This document shows positions 25,501 to 36,140 of a stretch of 64,000 nt of DNA, piece after piece. The DNA comes from Hormiphora californensis (taxonomy: Eukaryota > Animalia > Ctenophora). How positions within the stretch are numbered: the first letter of the stretch is position 1; each line of letters starts with the position of its first letter. A program made the position numbers and the translations under genes. The stretch covers positions 372,001-436,000 of the forward strand of contig CM035357.1 of NCBI GenBank assembly GCA_020137815.1, read 5' to 3'. Below the pieces are notes generated by a model. The model searched no databases. It worked only from the letters and a program-made list of their open reading frames with translations, and had not been told where the DNA came from.

Positions 25501-26052
25501 CTTGCCGGGGAAGAACAGAGGTCTCTGAATCTAAATTGGTACTCCTTCTGGGAAAACATCCGCAACAATTTCACTAGAAATGACCTCGAGAGATTCATGA
25601 TTAACCACTGGGATCACTTGAGGCGGAACCAGTCTAAACTGAGCTATTACAACTCTGTGAAGTCAACGTACGGCTACGAGGAATATCTTAACCTGAGACG
25701 TGTAAACAGATGTGAAATTAGCAAACTCCGGCTAAGTGCACACGACCTAAGGGTGGAGACTTCCAGATACTCAAACCACCAAACACCAAACTACTGTCGC
25801 TTCTGTTGTGATGGACAAGCAAAACAGCTGCTCGATCAATTGCCACTTGCGGAACCACTCATCGAAAATGAACAGCATGTCCTAAATGAGTGCCCCACAT
25901 ACGAAGAAATGCGGCAAACTCTCCCAGACCACCTGCTCTCGGCCATCGCAAGCGGGGAAGCAGCAAACATTTACACCGAAAGGAATGGAAATGCCCTGAA
26001 CAGGTTCCTCAAAGCGTCACATACATTACGAGTCAATTATATGGAACCATGA
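22573..26052 (+). CDS. Retrotransposon ORF2p: APE endonuclease, reverse transcriptase, C-terminal Zn knuckle
   Basis: SWNI, LQET, GDFNAR, VDY, SDH (EN); KSPSID, NFRAITL, QQGF, FIDYRKAFDTV, GTEQGHPLSP, WADD, YTYLG (RT). Confidence 0.97.
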   Translation: MININSKPPGLNFVSWNIHDARSRIEGNKVELPDFSLVTSAAHFICLQETKRPVTMAGFRCYNSNRSKSRSGGVCIAVKNEISHLVSPINCDHPDVAAIQINKGVLGEMTILISAYDSPDMSSYKKSGKCVDDAVTDTITDIISEHNESVSTIIMGDFNARTGNQIGNAHQSMQSNFYNGVGNSNLLAGINCPQLAMLPERSCKDSITNAKGKAFLDFVRTNGLVISNGRVLGDIFGEVTCIRPNGASLVDYCCTDLDTYERTSSFHVGPVSPISDHRPIHLSVKKQSISTCYQTLISPQQAPRGFAWNTKDNKSSIDFLQYQTQKEFEEELKPLLLSPPENQNDVHELNNSVVEIFRKLASSTLKMKGKKKNKFQWYDRECEKSKEALEKCCKKISSKCQDKKMSEEFHCQKRTYRKLTRRKKNSYKWKLNSRISNMNSRQLNWSGVKKLKHETSDEIDFDVLDLHNFYLFFKKLYSSKCDKPISDHPDPSDPEFYNTSTNQQAVFLLCQPISKAELSDAISRLKTNKSPSIDLITNEMLRSTSNVTKDVLLTLFNGCLTHGCYPWNTSITTVIHKKGATDNPDNFRAITLGSCIGKLYSNILLTRMADFRKSVCPDTANQQGFAKGAQTSDHVLTLKTILDKYLHIKKRRVIACFIDYRKAFDTVCRSALLKKLGSMGICGSFFNCISNMYENSSTAIKLSGMLSESFFVRIGTEQGHPLSPEFFKMFVDEMSKMLNNTNGSFPMLGGVNITHLLWADDIVLLALDRVTMLNLISVVGEYATKWELEVNTSKTKILVFNSSGRILKEAKGYYLLGKELEAVKEYTYLGITFVASGSLKTAMKNLSLKATRAISILRRTVDVNALSAWTVFKLYDALIEPILTYGSPVWLPSLEVAKALDQSTSCDTFFKRLTSDTSEKVHLRFIKWALGVHKKATNTACYGDSGRAPTFISAINRGLSYFDRVMSKEADGSILGLAGEEQRSLNLNWYSFWENIRNNFTRNDLERFMINHWDHLRRNQSKLSYYNSVKSTYGYEEYLNLRRVNRCEISKLRLSAHDLRVETSRYSNHQTPNYCRFCCDGQAKQLLDQLPLAEPLIENEQHVLNECPTYEEMRQTLPDHLLSAIASGEAANIYTERNGNALNRFLKASHTLRVNYMEP

Positions 26053-26331
26053 ACACTTTTATATTTGCAGTAATCATATGTCAACTATTCCTGGTTAGGG
26101 CGTGTGTGGGTCTCGATGCTCCCAGCGTCTGCCTGAGTAGAGACCAGTGGTGCTGCCGTGTGTGTGCCTCGTCGCAAATCAATCGGTTTCGCGGAGGGAC
26201 AGGCAGGCGGGAGCATTGCTGATCTGGCAGTCGCTGGGCCCATCTGTGTTTTTTCCCCCTACTGTGCAGGATGGCACAGCCATGATGTTTTGGCTCTTTT
26301 CCTGTTGGTTTTATTCTATTCTATTCTATTC

Positions 26332-27171
26332 TACACAGACGGCTCAAAGATGGAAAGCAGTGATGGCCAAGTCACTGGTGCAGGAGCCATCATTATCTAC
26401 GAACATGAGTATAAAGTAATAATCCAACCTCTTGCACCCATAAATACAATCAACCAAGCTGAACTCCAGGCCATCTGCATGGTAGCCAACAACCTACTGA
26501 GAGGTGAAACAATGAACAAAAACATAATTATCTACACCGACTCCAAGACCACTCTAACGAGATTAACAAGAGGCTACTCAAACTCTATCCAATTAACAAC
26601 TACGATAAAAAGCCTTCTGAACCTACAGACACTCAACAACGTCAACATTCAAAAGGTCAAGGCGCACTCCAACATCCCAGGTAACGAAGCCGCAGACCAA
26701 ATTGCCAAGAGAGCTACAAGAGACAGCACCTCCACCGCAAACCCATTCGACCTAACAAAAACGCAACTTATGACATTAGTCAGAGACGACTGCACTAAGA
26801 AGTTCATAAAGCAAATCGAAAAGGCCAACTACTCCAAATGGACAACTACACTACTTTACAAACTCATCAGAGATTGTAAGAACCTGAAATTTACCAATAA
26901 ACAATATCTAAAAAGCTTAACACTCGCAACATCAGGACAAAACAACCTAAATAGCGCCATCTCACACAAAGACAAGTCCGAATCTGCCCTCTGCGAATTG
27001 TGCAATGTCAAAGAGAACGCGGAGCACAAACTACTACACTGCCCGGACCTAGATGAACTAAGATACAAACTGGACTACCAGGACATTGCCGAAAATGTTC
27101 TCACCCCCGACCAAAAACTCGACCTAGGGAAACTCTCCAAACTTACAGCCAAATGCAATCTATTTAACTGA
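26332..27171 (+). pseudogene. Outer-element RNase H and CCHC C-terminus
   Basis: YTDGS, QAELQAI, YTDS, KVKAHSNIPGNEAADQIAK, CELC..ENAEH.LLHC. Joins in frame to IEIYT at 18643-18657 when the nested element is removed. Confidence 0.92.
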
Positions 27172-30100
27172 GCACCCCTAACCATCCTGACCTGAAACAG
27201 GTAACAGAGTCGAGACTGTTACCTAGGAGGGACTACACACATGCACATCTACCTTAGGACCCGCGAGTAATGGGGCAGGTCTGGGCCCACTCGGCCACCC
27301 CGCCTCCTTAGGCAAGTATTAAATCCGCAAAATGCACACCACTGGGGGCTGATACTTGCGCAATGCCTCACAGTGTTACTTTAAGTGTAGACGCTTAACC
27401 GTGCAATATAAGTCTAAGAAATTAGACTTTTCCGGACCTCCTGGCTGTATGCAGATCTGTGTACTAGCGGTATCGACCCAAGGCCAAGAGTGTGATAAGA
27501 TTTGTCAACCGACACAGGCCTCACGGGCTGTGAGTTATCGCTAGTGACAAATTCGGAAGACCCACTTACTTCTACAGCTCCTTGCAGCAGTAGTAACCGA
27601 AGACCAGCCAGGGAGGCAGGTAAATTTCACCCATTGTCTTAACATACAAGACACGCTGGTCTCTATTAAGCCGTGAATCAAAACTCTTCTTGTGGTGCCG
27701 GAACAGTTCGAGGGAAATGTGGAGCTTGCTCTGCAGAACACCAGGACTGAACCGGAGAACACCAACACTGTCCCTTTGTGTGGAGGGTAGTGGCGTGGAG
27801 TGATTATAATGGAGGTCGGCTGTCGACCTATGATGGGGCAGCACAGTGGGCGGAATGATGGGAGGTGCTAAACACACACACACACACACTATACAGCTGT
27901 TGTTCCGTTTAATTTCCTAATGATAGCTGCAGTACTCACTATATAATGTGATCACATATTGGCTGGTAGGTATGCTGTAAAACATTTACCAACTCTGCAA
28001 TATGTGGCGGATGAAATAGCATTTAACGTTTTAGTTTCATATTACTAAAATTTAAAGCGGAATGAAATTATAGATTGAATATAATAGTAAATCTTCATTA
28101 GAGCTTCTTAGTAGGAGAGAATTGGGAAGCGATTCTGTCCGTGACAAATTTCAGACCTCAATTTCATTCTATAACGCCGAAATTTTATATCAATAAGCAC
28201 GTGACTCGATAGAACATTATTGAAGATTCAAAAATCTTGAGTTCTGTGACTTTACTACTTGCTAAAATTTTGTGACGTACTAAAATTCAATAGCTTCGAT
28301 TGGCATTATATGCTATAACAGAGTCTGTAGACCCCTTTTCCTTTTGCAGTGCACATGACAAAGCAGCCCTTTTATAATAACAGCCCTTTTTATAATAACA
28401 GCCCTTTTTATAATTACAGCCCTTTTTATAATAACAGCCCTTTTTATATTTAGCTGTTATCAAAATCGCACTAATACATTTCTAAGGTGCTCCCTCTCTG
28501 TATTCGATATATTGAATACTAACTAATAAGTGACAGCTGACCCCCTCTACTAAAAAGAAATGTTGAAGTTTGTAATTTAGCTCGTCAAAGAGATTTCTAG
28601 AGATGCTGCGATGAAGATGATGCGTGACTAGCAACGCTATATTTCTAACGGGGGAGAGGGGGAGAGAGAGGGAGAGACGTTTTATATTGCAGTAGGGGTC
28701 TTTATTTGGAAGATGCCGTTCGTTTTTTTTTGTTGGTTGATCAAATGCAATTGGTGAATTATATTATTTGATTAGTTAATTATTTAATTAATTAGTTGTC
28801 CTTGAAAACCAATATAAATTGTAATTTTTATGTTCTAACCTAAGTAACAATGGTGCTTGTAGTAGAGATACGGTAATGGAGGATACTGTAATGGTGCACG
28901 GACTTTGCGTAATGCGCGAGCGCTTTTAAAAGTTCATTTGGTCAGCACGTCATAGCGTGTTGATTGGCTCCGCTTGCACGTCGTCTAACCGTGACACCTT
29001 GTCGAACCGATATACCACGTATTCTCACTACAAGCACCCATGTGAAATCTCTATTATGTATAAATTATAAAAAGGACCGGTTTGAGAACACGTTCGAGTT
29101 ATTGCACAATACATGGTTCTTTAGGGTCACCTTTTCTAATGTTAAAGACTTTTTATTTAACAGCTTGAGCCGGTGAATATATTCATTTGGTGTTTGGTGT
29201 GTTGAGCAACTTGATGTTTGATATGATATTTGCGTGTTTTCTAGTTATGTTGCAACTTGATGATGTTCTCAGAAAGAAATTGTATTTCTGAGTAAAGCTT
29301 CAGACCCAAATTTACAGACTTTTTTTAGTAAGTACGTTATTCAAAACAATGCAATAAATGTCTCTCACTTTACATTCAAATAGGATTATAGAAGTTGGTA
29401 CTACAAGTGATTTAACAGTTTGGTTACGAAATAACCCCTCCCTTGCCAGCGCGAGAGGTTATTTCGTAACCAATATAACAATTTAATTTGTACGGCAGAA
29501 TATTCTCACCATCACCCACCTAGCTATAAGGGGGGAGGTTTTAACTTATAGTTTAATGGTAAAGAACTCAGCTTCTGTGGAAACTAAGCATATGATTGGA
29601 TTGTCTAGTCTCCCTCAATACAATAAAGCCATTAACAGCTGCTGCAGTCTCGACTACCAGTTGTGTATGAGGTAATATCGAAACTATAGTTGCCAATTTA
29701 TAGTTACCATAGTTACCATAGACAGTTTTAATATATAGTTGAGAATCATAGCTCCTTTATATGCGTCTATACAATATAATTTAAATTCCAGACTGAAAAG
29801 AATATATTTTATGTCTTCTAGTTTTAATTATATAGTTAACTACCTTAGTTAACTACGCCCTACAACTTCAGAAGATCTAGAGAAAGTCTGGTGCAATGCT
29901 TAACTATAAACGTCTGACAATATATGGCTCGGAATATGTCGCGATCGACTATAATCCCCCCCCCTAAACCCCCATATAAGTATAATTCTGAAGTTGTTAT
30001 AATAGTTCTTCAATTCTAGAGAAACTTTGATTTAAGCCAGAGTCGGGTAGGGATAGTATAAGAATCCAGTTGAATATTTTGACACCATTATAATAGTCAA

Positions 30101-30264
30101 TGGTGTCAAAACATTATTATAATTATTGTTAGGTGTCAAAACATTATTACTATTATTATTAGTATTAACCTGCCCTATTCTCCACGATTCTAGCTACTGA
30201 AACGATGGTGTTTTAGACCTAATCATACAGTTTACCATGACCCCTATTTTAACTAACCCACCCC

Positions 30265-31347
30265 ATGTTTCTAGCAATGAAAGTGTTCATCCCAGACTCC
30301 CCAGTTGACCTCTCATCTACAGTCTCCATCCCCCTCTACATCTACCAGTTCCTAATGATCACAGTGGCCCTGATCGGCAACAGTTTCGTTATCTACGCCT
30401 CCAGAAAGTTCAACGCACTACACCTTGATACAACCTCAGTACTACTAATCGAGAACTTGGCAGTAGTTGACATTCTGCTAGTGATAGTGGGATATGTTCC
30501 CAAACTGGTCACCCTATTCGCTGGTAACTGGGTCCTTGGAGGCAGCATCTGTTACTTTACAGCTTTCACCCAGTTCCTCCCTGGTGCGGTGGAGATACTG
30601 ACACTCACCATCATATCAGGTTATAGGTGCTATTGTGTGTGGCAACCCTTTCACAGTAAGCCTAACATAAAGATCACAAAACTAGTGATATTGGGGTTAT
30701 GGATTATTGGATCAGTTAACCCATTTACATTTGTTGTGGCTAACAAAAGTACTGCTATATTCGATGTTAGAACACTGTCGTGTGTGACTGATGTAGCTAA
30801 ACAACACGCCAAAATGACATTTATTGCCCTCCTGGTTTTTGGCATTGTTCCAGTATTATTGACGGTGTTATTTAATCTGTGTACCCTGGTCCCTACGTTC
30901 CTGTTTACCGCTGCAAGCAGGGCCCGCTCCAACAGACAAGCTATAGTAACAGTCAGCTGCATCTGTACAGTGTTCGTTATATCCTGGGTCCCATATATTG
31001 TCAGAGCTATCCTCAAGATAATGGGGTACAATCTACCTCTCTGGTTCTACAGTCTACAATATTGTCTGAACATTATCAGCCTGACACTAAATCCACTCAT
31101 CTACAGTCTGACCAACAGGAAGTTTCGCATGTTCATATTTAGCCGGTATAAGCGGCTCCGAAGGAACGTGGCTAGGACATTGTCGGTTAGAAGGTGTGTG
31201 GTTAGGAGTCCTGCTACGGTTAGTTGTAGTGAGCGGCAGATTAGTGCTGGCAAGTGTGGCAAGTGTGTAATGAACTTTCACAACGGGCATCATGATAGTC
31301 CGGGGTCCAACAAATTGGGACATATCGGGAACTCAACACGTGTCTGA
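30265..31347 (+). CDS. Intronless rhodopsin-like (class A) GPCR
   Basis: Seven hydrophobic segments; GN (TM1), NLAVVD (TM2), W.LG..IC, YR (TM3), SWVP (TM6), NPLIY (TM7). Confidence 0.93.
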   Translation: MFLAMKVFIPDSPVDLSSTVSIPLYIYQFLMITVALIGNSFVIYASRKFNALHLDTTSVLLIENLAVVDILLVIVGYVPKLVTLFAGNWVLGGSICYFTAFTQFLPGAVEILTLTIISGYRCYCVWQPFHSKPNIKITKLVILGLWIIGSVNPFTFVVANKSTAIFDVRTLSCVTDVAKQHAKMTFIALLVFGIVPVLLTVLFNLCTLVPTFLFTAASRARSNRQAIVTVSCICTVFVISWVPYIVRAILKIMGYNLPLWFYSLQYCLNIISLTLNPLIYSLTNRKFRMFIFSRYKRLRRNVARTLSVRRCVVRSPATVSCSERQISAGKCGKCVMNFHNGHHDSPGSNKLGHIGNSTRV

Positions 31348-31480
31348 GTGTGTGTGACACGGTGTGTGTGTGTGTGGGTGAGTGTGTGAGGGGTCTCGGT
31401 GGGGATCTGAGAGAGAGTGTGAGTGACGGGTCTGAGTCTGAGTGTGTGAGAGTGTGAGTGTGTGTGAGTGTGAGTGTGTG
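31346..31480. repeat. GT/GAGT-rich microsatellite starting at the GPCR stop codon
   Basis: Imperfect (GT)n/(GAGTGT)n run. Confidence 0.85.
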
Positions 31481-32484
31481 AACCCTTTGGGGACGATAAG
31501 CCCACACTTACACAGGAAATTGTGTTTTTTTCTATGAACTACTTCTACTGGGTGATGACTCGATTATTATCGTCCCCAAAGGGTTAATATTGTTGAATAA
31601 ATCGGGTTCAGTTTGCCCTGTTTTAGGGGCCTGTAATTTTGGGAAAATTTTATCACTGTTTTTATGTTTTTATGTTTTTTGTTTTAATATTTGTTTCTTA
31701 ATTATATTGACCTGGTTGACCAGATTTTAAAACAAAACACGTATTCTTCGATACCCTTCTACTTCGATAATTATCAGACACGTTCACTTTATATTCAAAA
31801 TCATTCAAAGAAAAGGTGAAAGTGTCTTAATATGATCATACCCATGTATTTAGGTACCCACTTAGGTATCCATTCACCGAACCATTTCGCAAGTGTTCAT
31901 TATAATATAGACCAAGAAAGTATAGGTACTCATTTATTTTTGATTTGAACGACGTACCAAGACACTAATTGAAGTTTCCCATTTAATTGCATGTTCCCAT
32001 TTCCCAATCAATGCCATATAAGTTGTTTCTGATTTGAAATGTCGGTAAAGATCTAGATTGCTGCAGCATTCTACTAATGAATCTTGCTTAGCTCAATCGA
32101 TTTAGCTAAGCAAAATTGATTAGTTCTAGTTCCAGACAGGCCAATGCTCTGACAGTGAGTTCCACGAATGAAATAGAAGAGTTGCTGGAATACTTGGAAT
32201 TGGTTCAAAACTCTACTTCCTCAAATCAACTCTTTCATAATTGAACTGCCACATCTTGCACTGGCCTCGAAAGTATAGCTTATAGCAATTAGGGCGGTGC
32301 ATGTCGTTTAGGTGGCCACCAATACCTTATAAATTATATGATGTAACAAATCTACTTAGCTAAGTAAGCTTAGCAAGCCCTTTCAATGCAGTAATCAACT
32401 CAAGGTCTATAAATCCACGTTCATTCAACAGCTCTCAAATTATATACCGGTTAAGCCATTGTGTGAGTCAACTCAGGTCTCAGT

Positions 32485-33114
32485 GAGGGAAATCATACGA
32501 CTCTTACTGCAGTTAGCGACAATCGAGAAAACAGATAGCATAACTCTTTTAAGCGACAGTGCTGTGTAATTTCTCAAAACTCTTATTCTTAGTGAGCAAC
32601 AGGGAAAAGAATTGGGGAGAGAAAGTGAGAGACAGGGTGCCCCCTTGAGAGAGATTATCTCGCGCGGCACATTGGCACGTGCGGTTTGGGCGCTGGCAGG
32701 CTTTTACATGTTGCAACATGTAAAAGCCTGCCAGCGCCCAAACCGCACGTGCCAGAGCGCCGCGCGTTACTATCTTGCTCTCTCTCACTCACTAGCTGCA
32801 TTCTGATTGGCTGTTATCGATCACATGTACGCAGTCACAGGCTATCCCTGTGTACTAGGACTTATCACGTGACCTTTCACGTGACCAGATGCTGTGATCC
32901 CCGGTCAGTTAAGAGTTTTAAGAGTTTATACGTCGCTAAGTAGCGGCGCTTACCACACAAGAGAATGGAATCACCATTCTCTTACTCTTGATATCTCTTA
33001 CAAGAAAATAAGAGTTATTTTGGAAAACAGTCAGCACCTGTCGCTTACTCCAGTAAGCGATTGCGAAATCAATCAGCACCTGCTAACTTCAGTAAGAGTC
33101 GTATGATATCCCTC
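32485..33114. mobile_element. MITE with ~35-bp TIRs and internal ~100-bp GC-rich palindrome
   Basis: gagggaaatcatacgactcttactgcagttagc / gctaacttcagtaagagtcgtatgatatccctc; palindrome 32661-32766 centred on acatgttgcaacatgt; TSD unresolved. Confidence 0.75.
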
Positions 33115-34096
33115 AGTGGCCTGAACCTGAGGTTCAGGCACGACTGTTTCCCCATAGTACCAAGTACCAACATACTTCACAGTAGCGGTACACAGTTGTG
33201 GTTGTGGCTGAATGGAAGCTATGATGATAGTGTCGTAGTGCAATTATACCCCAGAGATCTCATTATAATAGTAATCTCTGATCCTTATAACTAGCTATAG
33301 CTGAATATACTATATCATTGCATCATGCTATCACGAAGTCACGAAGTCACGATCAAGTCACGAAATCACGGCTCACAGTCATTATCCCATATTTCACATA
33401 TTCCACATGGCTGCTGCTGCAGTACACATGATGACATGGTGTTGTGGTTGAATGGAATATGATAATATTATCATATGGTGCAATTATACCAGCTAAAGGA
33501 ATGTATATTGGAATTTTGAAAAGTTTCAGAAAGAAGATATTCCAGTCTCCCGATATATATAATTATCTCATGGTGTACATGACGACTTTTTTTCTGCATA
33601 TTCAGTAGGTATTCACATCTTATCCACTAAAAGATGATCTTGCTCTATCTACTATGACTATCCAGTTGGAGAGCGTGTATATAGTTGTAACAAAGAGAAC
33701 AACTTGCTTTTTCTCTTTCTTATACCCACTATATCATGATACGCACTGTCTGGCGCCGCGACCCCAGAATCAAATGGGGTATGGCGCCGCCATACAGGAT
33801 ACACAGTAAGAACACAGTATACACTGTATACTAAACAGTCCACAGGTGTCAGATCTCATTGTTCACCGTCTTCACGGATAACTGATCCCTTGTTTTGAGT
33901 GTAACAAGTGTAACTGATCCCTTGTTTTGAGCAAGAAAAGTACTGATGCAAACATTAAGCTGAGATTTTTTCTCTTTCTTATACCCACTATACATCATGA
34001 TACGCACTGTCTGGCGCCACCACCCCAGAATCAAATGGGGTATGGCGCCGCCATACAGGATACGCAGTGAGAAAACATTATACACTGTATACTATA

Positions 34097-34542
34097 AGGA
34101 ACCATAATAAAGTTCAAGAGCCTCCAAGAGCGCACCCCATCCAAGAGAGACCAAAATCAAGAGCGCACCACAATCAAGAGAGACCAAAATCAAGAGCACA
34201 CCACAAGCAAGAGAGACCAAAATCAAGAGCACACCACAATCAAGAGAGACCAAATCAAGAGCGCACCACAATCAAGAGAGGCCAAATTCAAGAGCGCACC
34301 AAAATCAAGAGAGACCAAAATCAAGAGCACACCACAATCAAGAGAGACCAAATCAAGAGCGCACCACAATCAAGAGAGGCCAAATTCAAGAGCGCACCAC
34401 ATCTGGTATCTTCTGGATAAGGAGCTCTCTTGATTTTGGTGCGCTCTTGATTTGGTCTCTCTTGATTGTGGTGTGCTCTTGATTTTGGTCTCTCTTGATT
34501 GTGGTGCGCTCTTGGAGGCTCTTGAACTTTATTATGGTTCCT
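34097..34542. mobile_element. MITE with TATA TSD and internal ~30-bp subrepeats (Kolobok/Sola-like, unresolved)
   Basis: TIR aggaaccataataaagttcaagagcctccaagagcgcacc; TATA at 34093-34096 and 34543-34546; empty paralogous site at 33821-33848. Confidence 0.85.
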
Positions 34543-34561
34543 TATACAGTCCACAGGTGTT

Positions 34562-35138
34562 TTGGTTACGAAGTCACCCCTATTATTGCATATAGGGGTG
34601 ACAATACCGCCTACCTAAAAATGAAAATTTACGGGACCTTCTCATAAAAAGTTATCGAAAACTTGTCTAAAACCTATCTAAAACGTATGGTACTAGTTTG
34701 TATAGTAACCAGGACCTGAATTCTACAGAAAGTAACGACCGGTAGCGATTACACCACATGTTTAACAACAGAGGTGTGTCGCATAACTCCTTATATGGGC
34801 ATAAAATTCCAATCTTGTGGAATTTTTTCTGACTCGACTATAGCTTAGTTATCAATGAATCCACCTCTAATACCTTTGGAATGGCATTTTGCACATTTCT
34901 GAAGGTTTTTGTAGCCAAATTCCAGCATCTTCATATTTTTCCAAAAACAAAAACAGTGTTAATGGCCAAAATATCGAAAAATTCCGGTATGTAATGGTAG
35001 CTCAGACAATTTCCTCGGTATGTTCAAAAAATTAGAACTTTCTGTTTTGTAGTTTGGACACAGGAATTTTTTTCCCGCCGTACAAGCGATATTATTACCC
35101 CTCCGTGAGCTAGCGCAGAGGGGGAATTTCATTACCAA
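34562..35138. mobile_element. Non-autonomous DNA transposon with TTGGT termini and 9-bp TSD
   Basis: ttggttacgaagtcacccc / gggggaatttcattaccaa; TSD acaggtgtt at 34553-34561 and 35139-35147; related ends near 13170-13321 and 29420-29473. Confidence 0.8.
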
Positions 35139-36140
35139 ACAGGTGTTCAGATCACATTGTTCGCCGTCTTCACGGTTAAATGATCCCTTGTTTTGAGCAA
35201 GGAAAGTACTGATGCAAACATATAAACGCTGGGATTGTTATAAAAGCACACTTGAAAAAGTGATGCTAATATATTCTTTCATTCCAGAAAAGTGCGTACA
35301 CTGTTACTTTATCATTGTTACACGACGGATGCTGTAACCCTCCTTATGCATTTGTTGCGGGGCACGGAGAGATCAGAGGGTCAAAAAGGCATGTTTTAAT
35401 TTATGTTAGCTAGCCTCTTCTATTCTTAAGAATAAATTTATTCAAAATTTTAAAATGAAAAGTCTGACTGCACCACAAAGCTAACTGGCGATCTCTTTAG
35501 TTTTTGAAATGCATAAACTGGCGATCTCTTTAGTTTTTGAAATGCATAAAATATTCTTTGCATGCAGTTTCTTTCTTTGATCCCTTTAGCACACTAGGGG
35601 TCTTCTTTGAATTGGTGCGTTCAAGCTAAAATGAACAATTTCTACGAATGAAGGGCATAGCCTAGAATGCGCGTCCATTCCCTGTACTCCTGTTGGGCAC
35701 GTCGCGCCCCTCATGTTCACGCACCCGTAGGGCGATCCTCTACGGGGCTTGCCCGCTACGCGGGCAAGTATTCCTGTAAAGTGCCCGGACCGGGGTCGAG
35801 ACTGGAGAGCCAAAAAAACAGAAGAAATAATAAAATTGTTTCCTGTCAGTGAAATAACAGGGGTCAGACGAAGCCGAATGCCCTAAATTGCAGAAAGCCC
35901 AATGCCCCAGATTGAGTCATGGTATAATGACCAAGTGGCAAGTCCTGGATTACTTGTCTCATATGAGACCCTCCTCTTCGCACCGGACCGTGAGGTTGCG
36001 CGGTGTACAGTCAGTGTATGACAATGGATCATCCAGTTAGATGCTATTTTCTTTTGTAGTATGAAGCGAACAGATTTTAAAATAGCACAGCTGCTGTTTG
36101 TGAGGTAACTTTCATGTTATTTTGATACCAAGATTAATCA

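Larger units (their letters stand above)
18658..26329 (+). mobile_element. Full-length, intact non-LTR retrotransposon, probably RTEX clade
   Basis: TSD tctacaca at 18650-18657 and 26330-26337; (TATTC)n tail 26312-26330; two long intact ORFs; esterase-like ORF1 and ORF2 C-terminal RLSAHDLRVETSRY..CRFC..EQHVL.EC motif. Confidence 0.9.
15011..27887 (+). mobile_element. Non-LTR retrotransposon with APE endonuclease and RNase H (I/R1/LOA-group-like), RT deleted, interrupted by a nested element
   Basis: 11-bp TSD actatacagct at 15000-15010 and 27888-27898; (CA)n 3' tail 27872-27887; decayed ORF1 fragments at 15530-16350; EN at ~17065-17720; RNase H and CCHC at 26332-27171. Confidence 0.88.

Noticed and set aside
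26158-26331. Hydrophobic N-terminus of the 337-aa RNase H ORF as a membrane-anchored RNase H
   Set aside because: It is the inner element's 3' UTR and (TATTC)n tail read in frame by chance; the true upstream frame is at 18373-18657.
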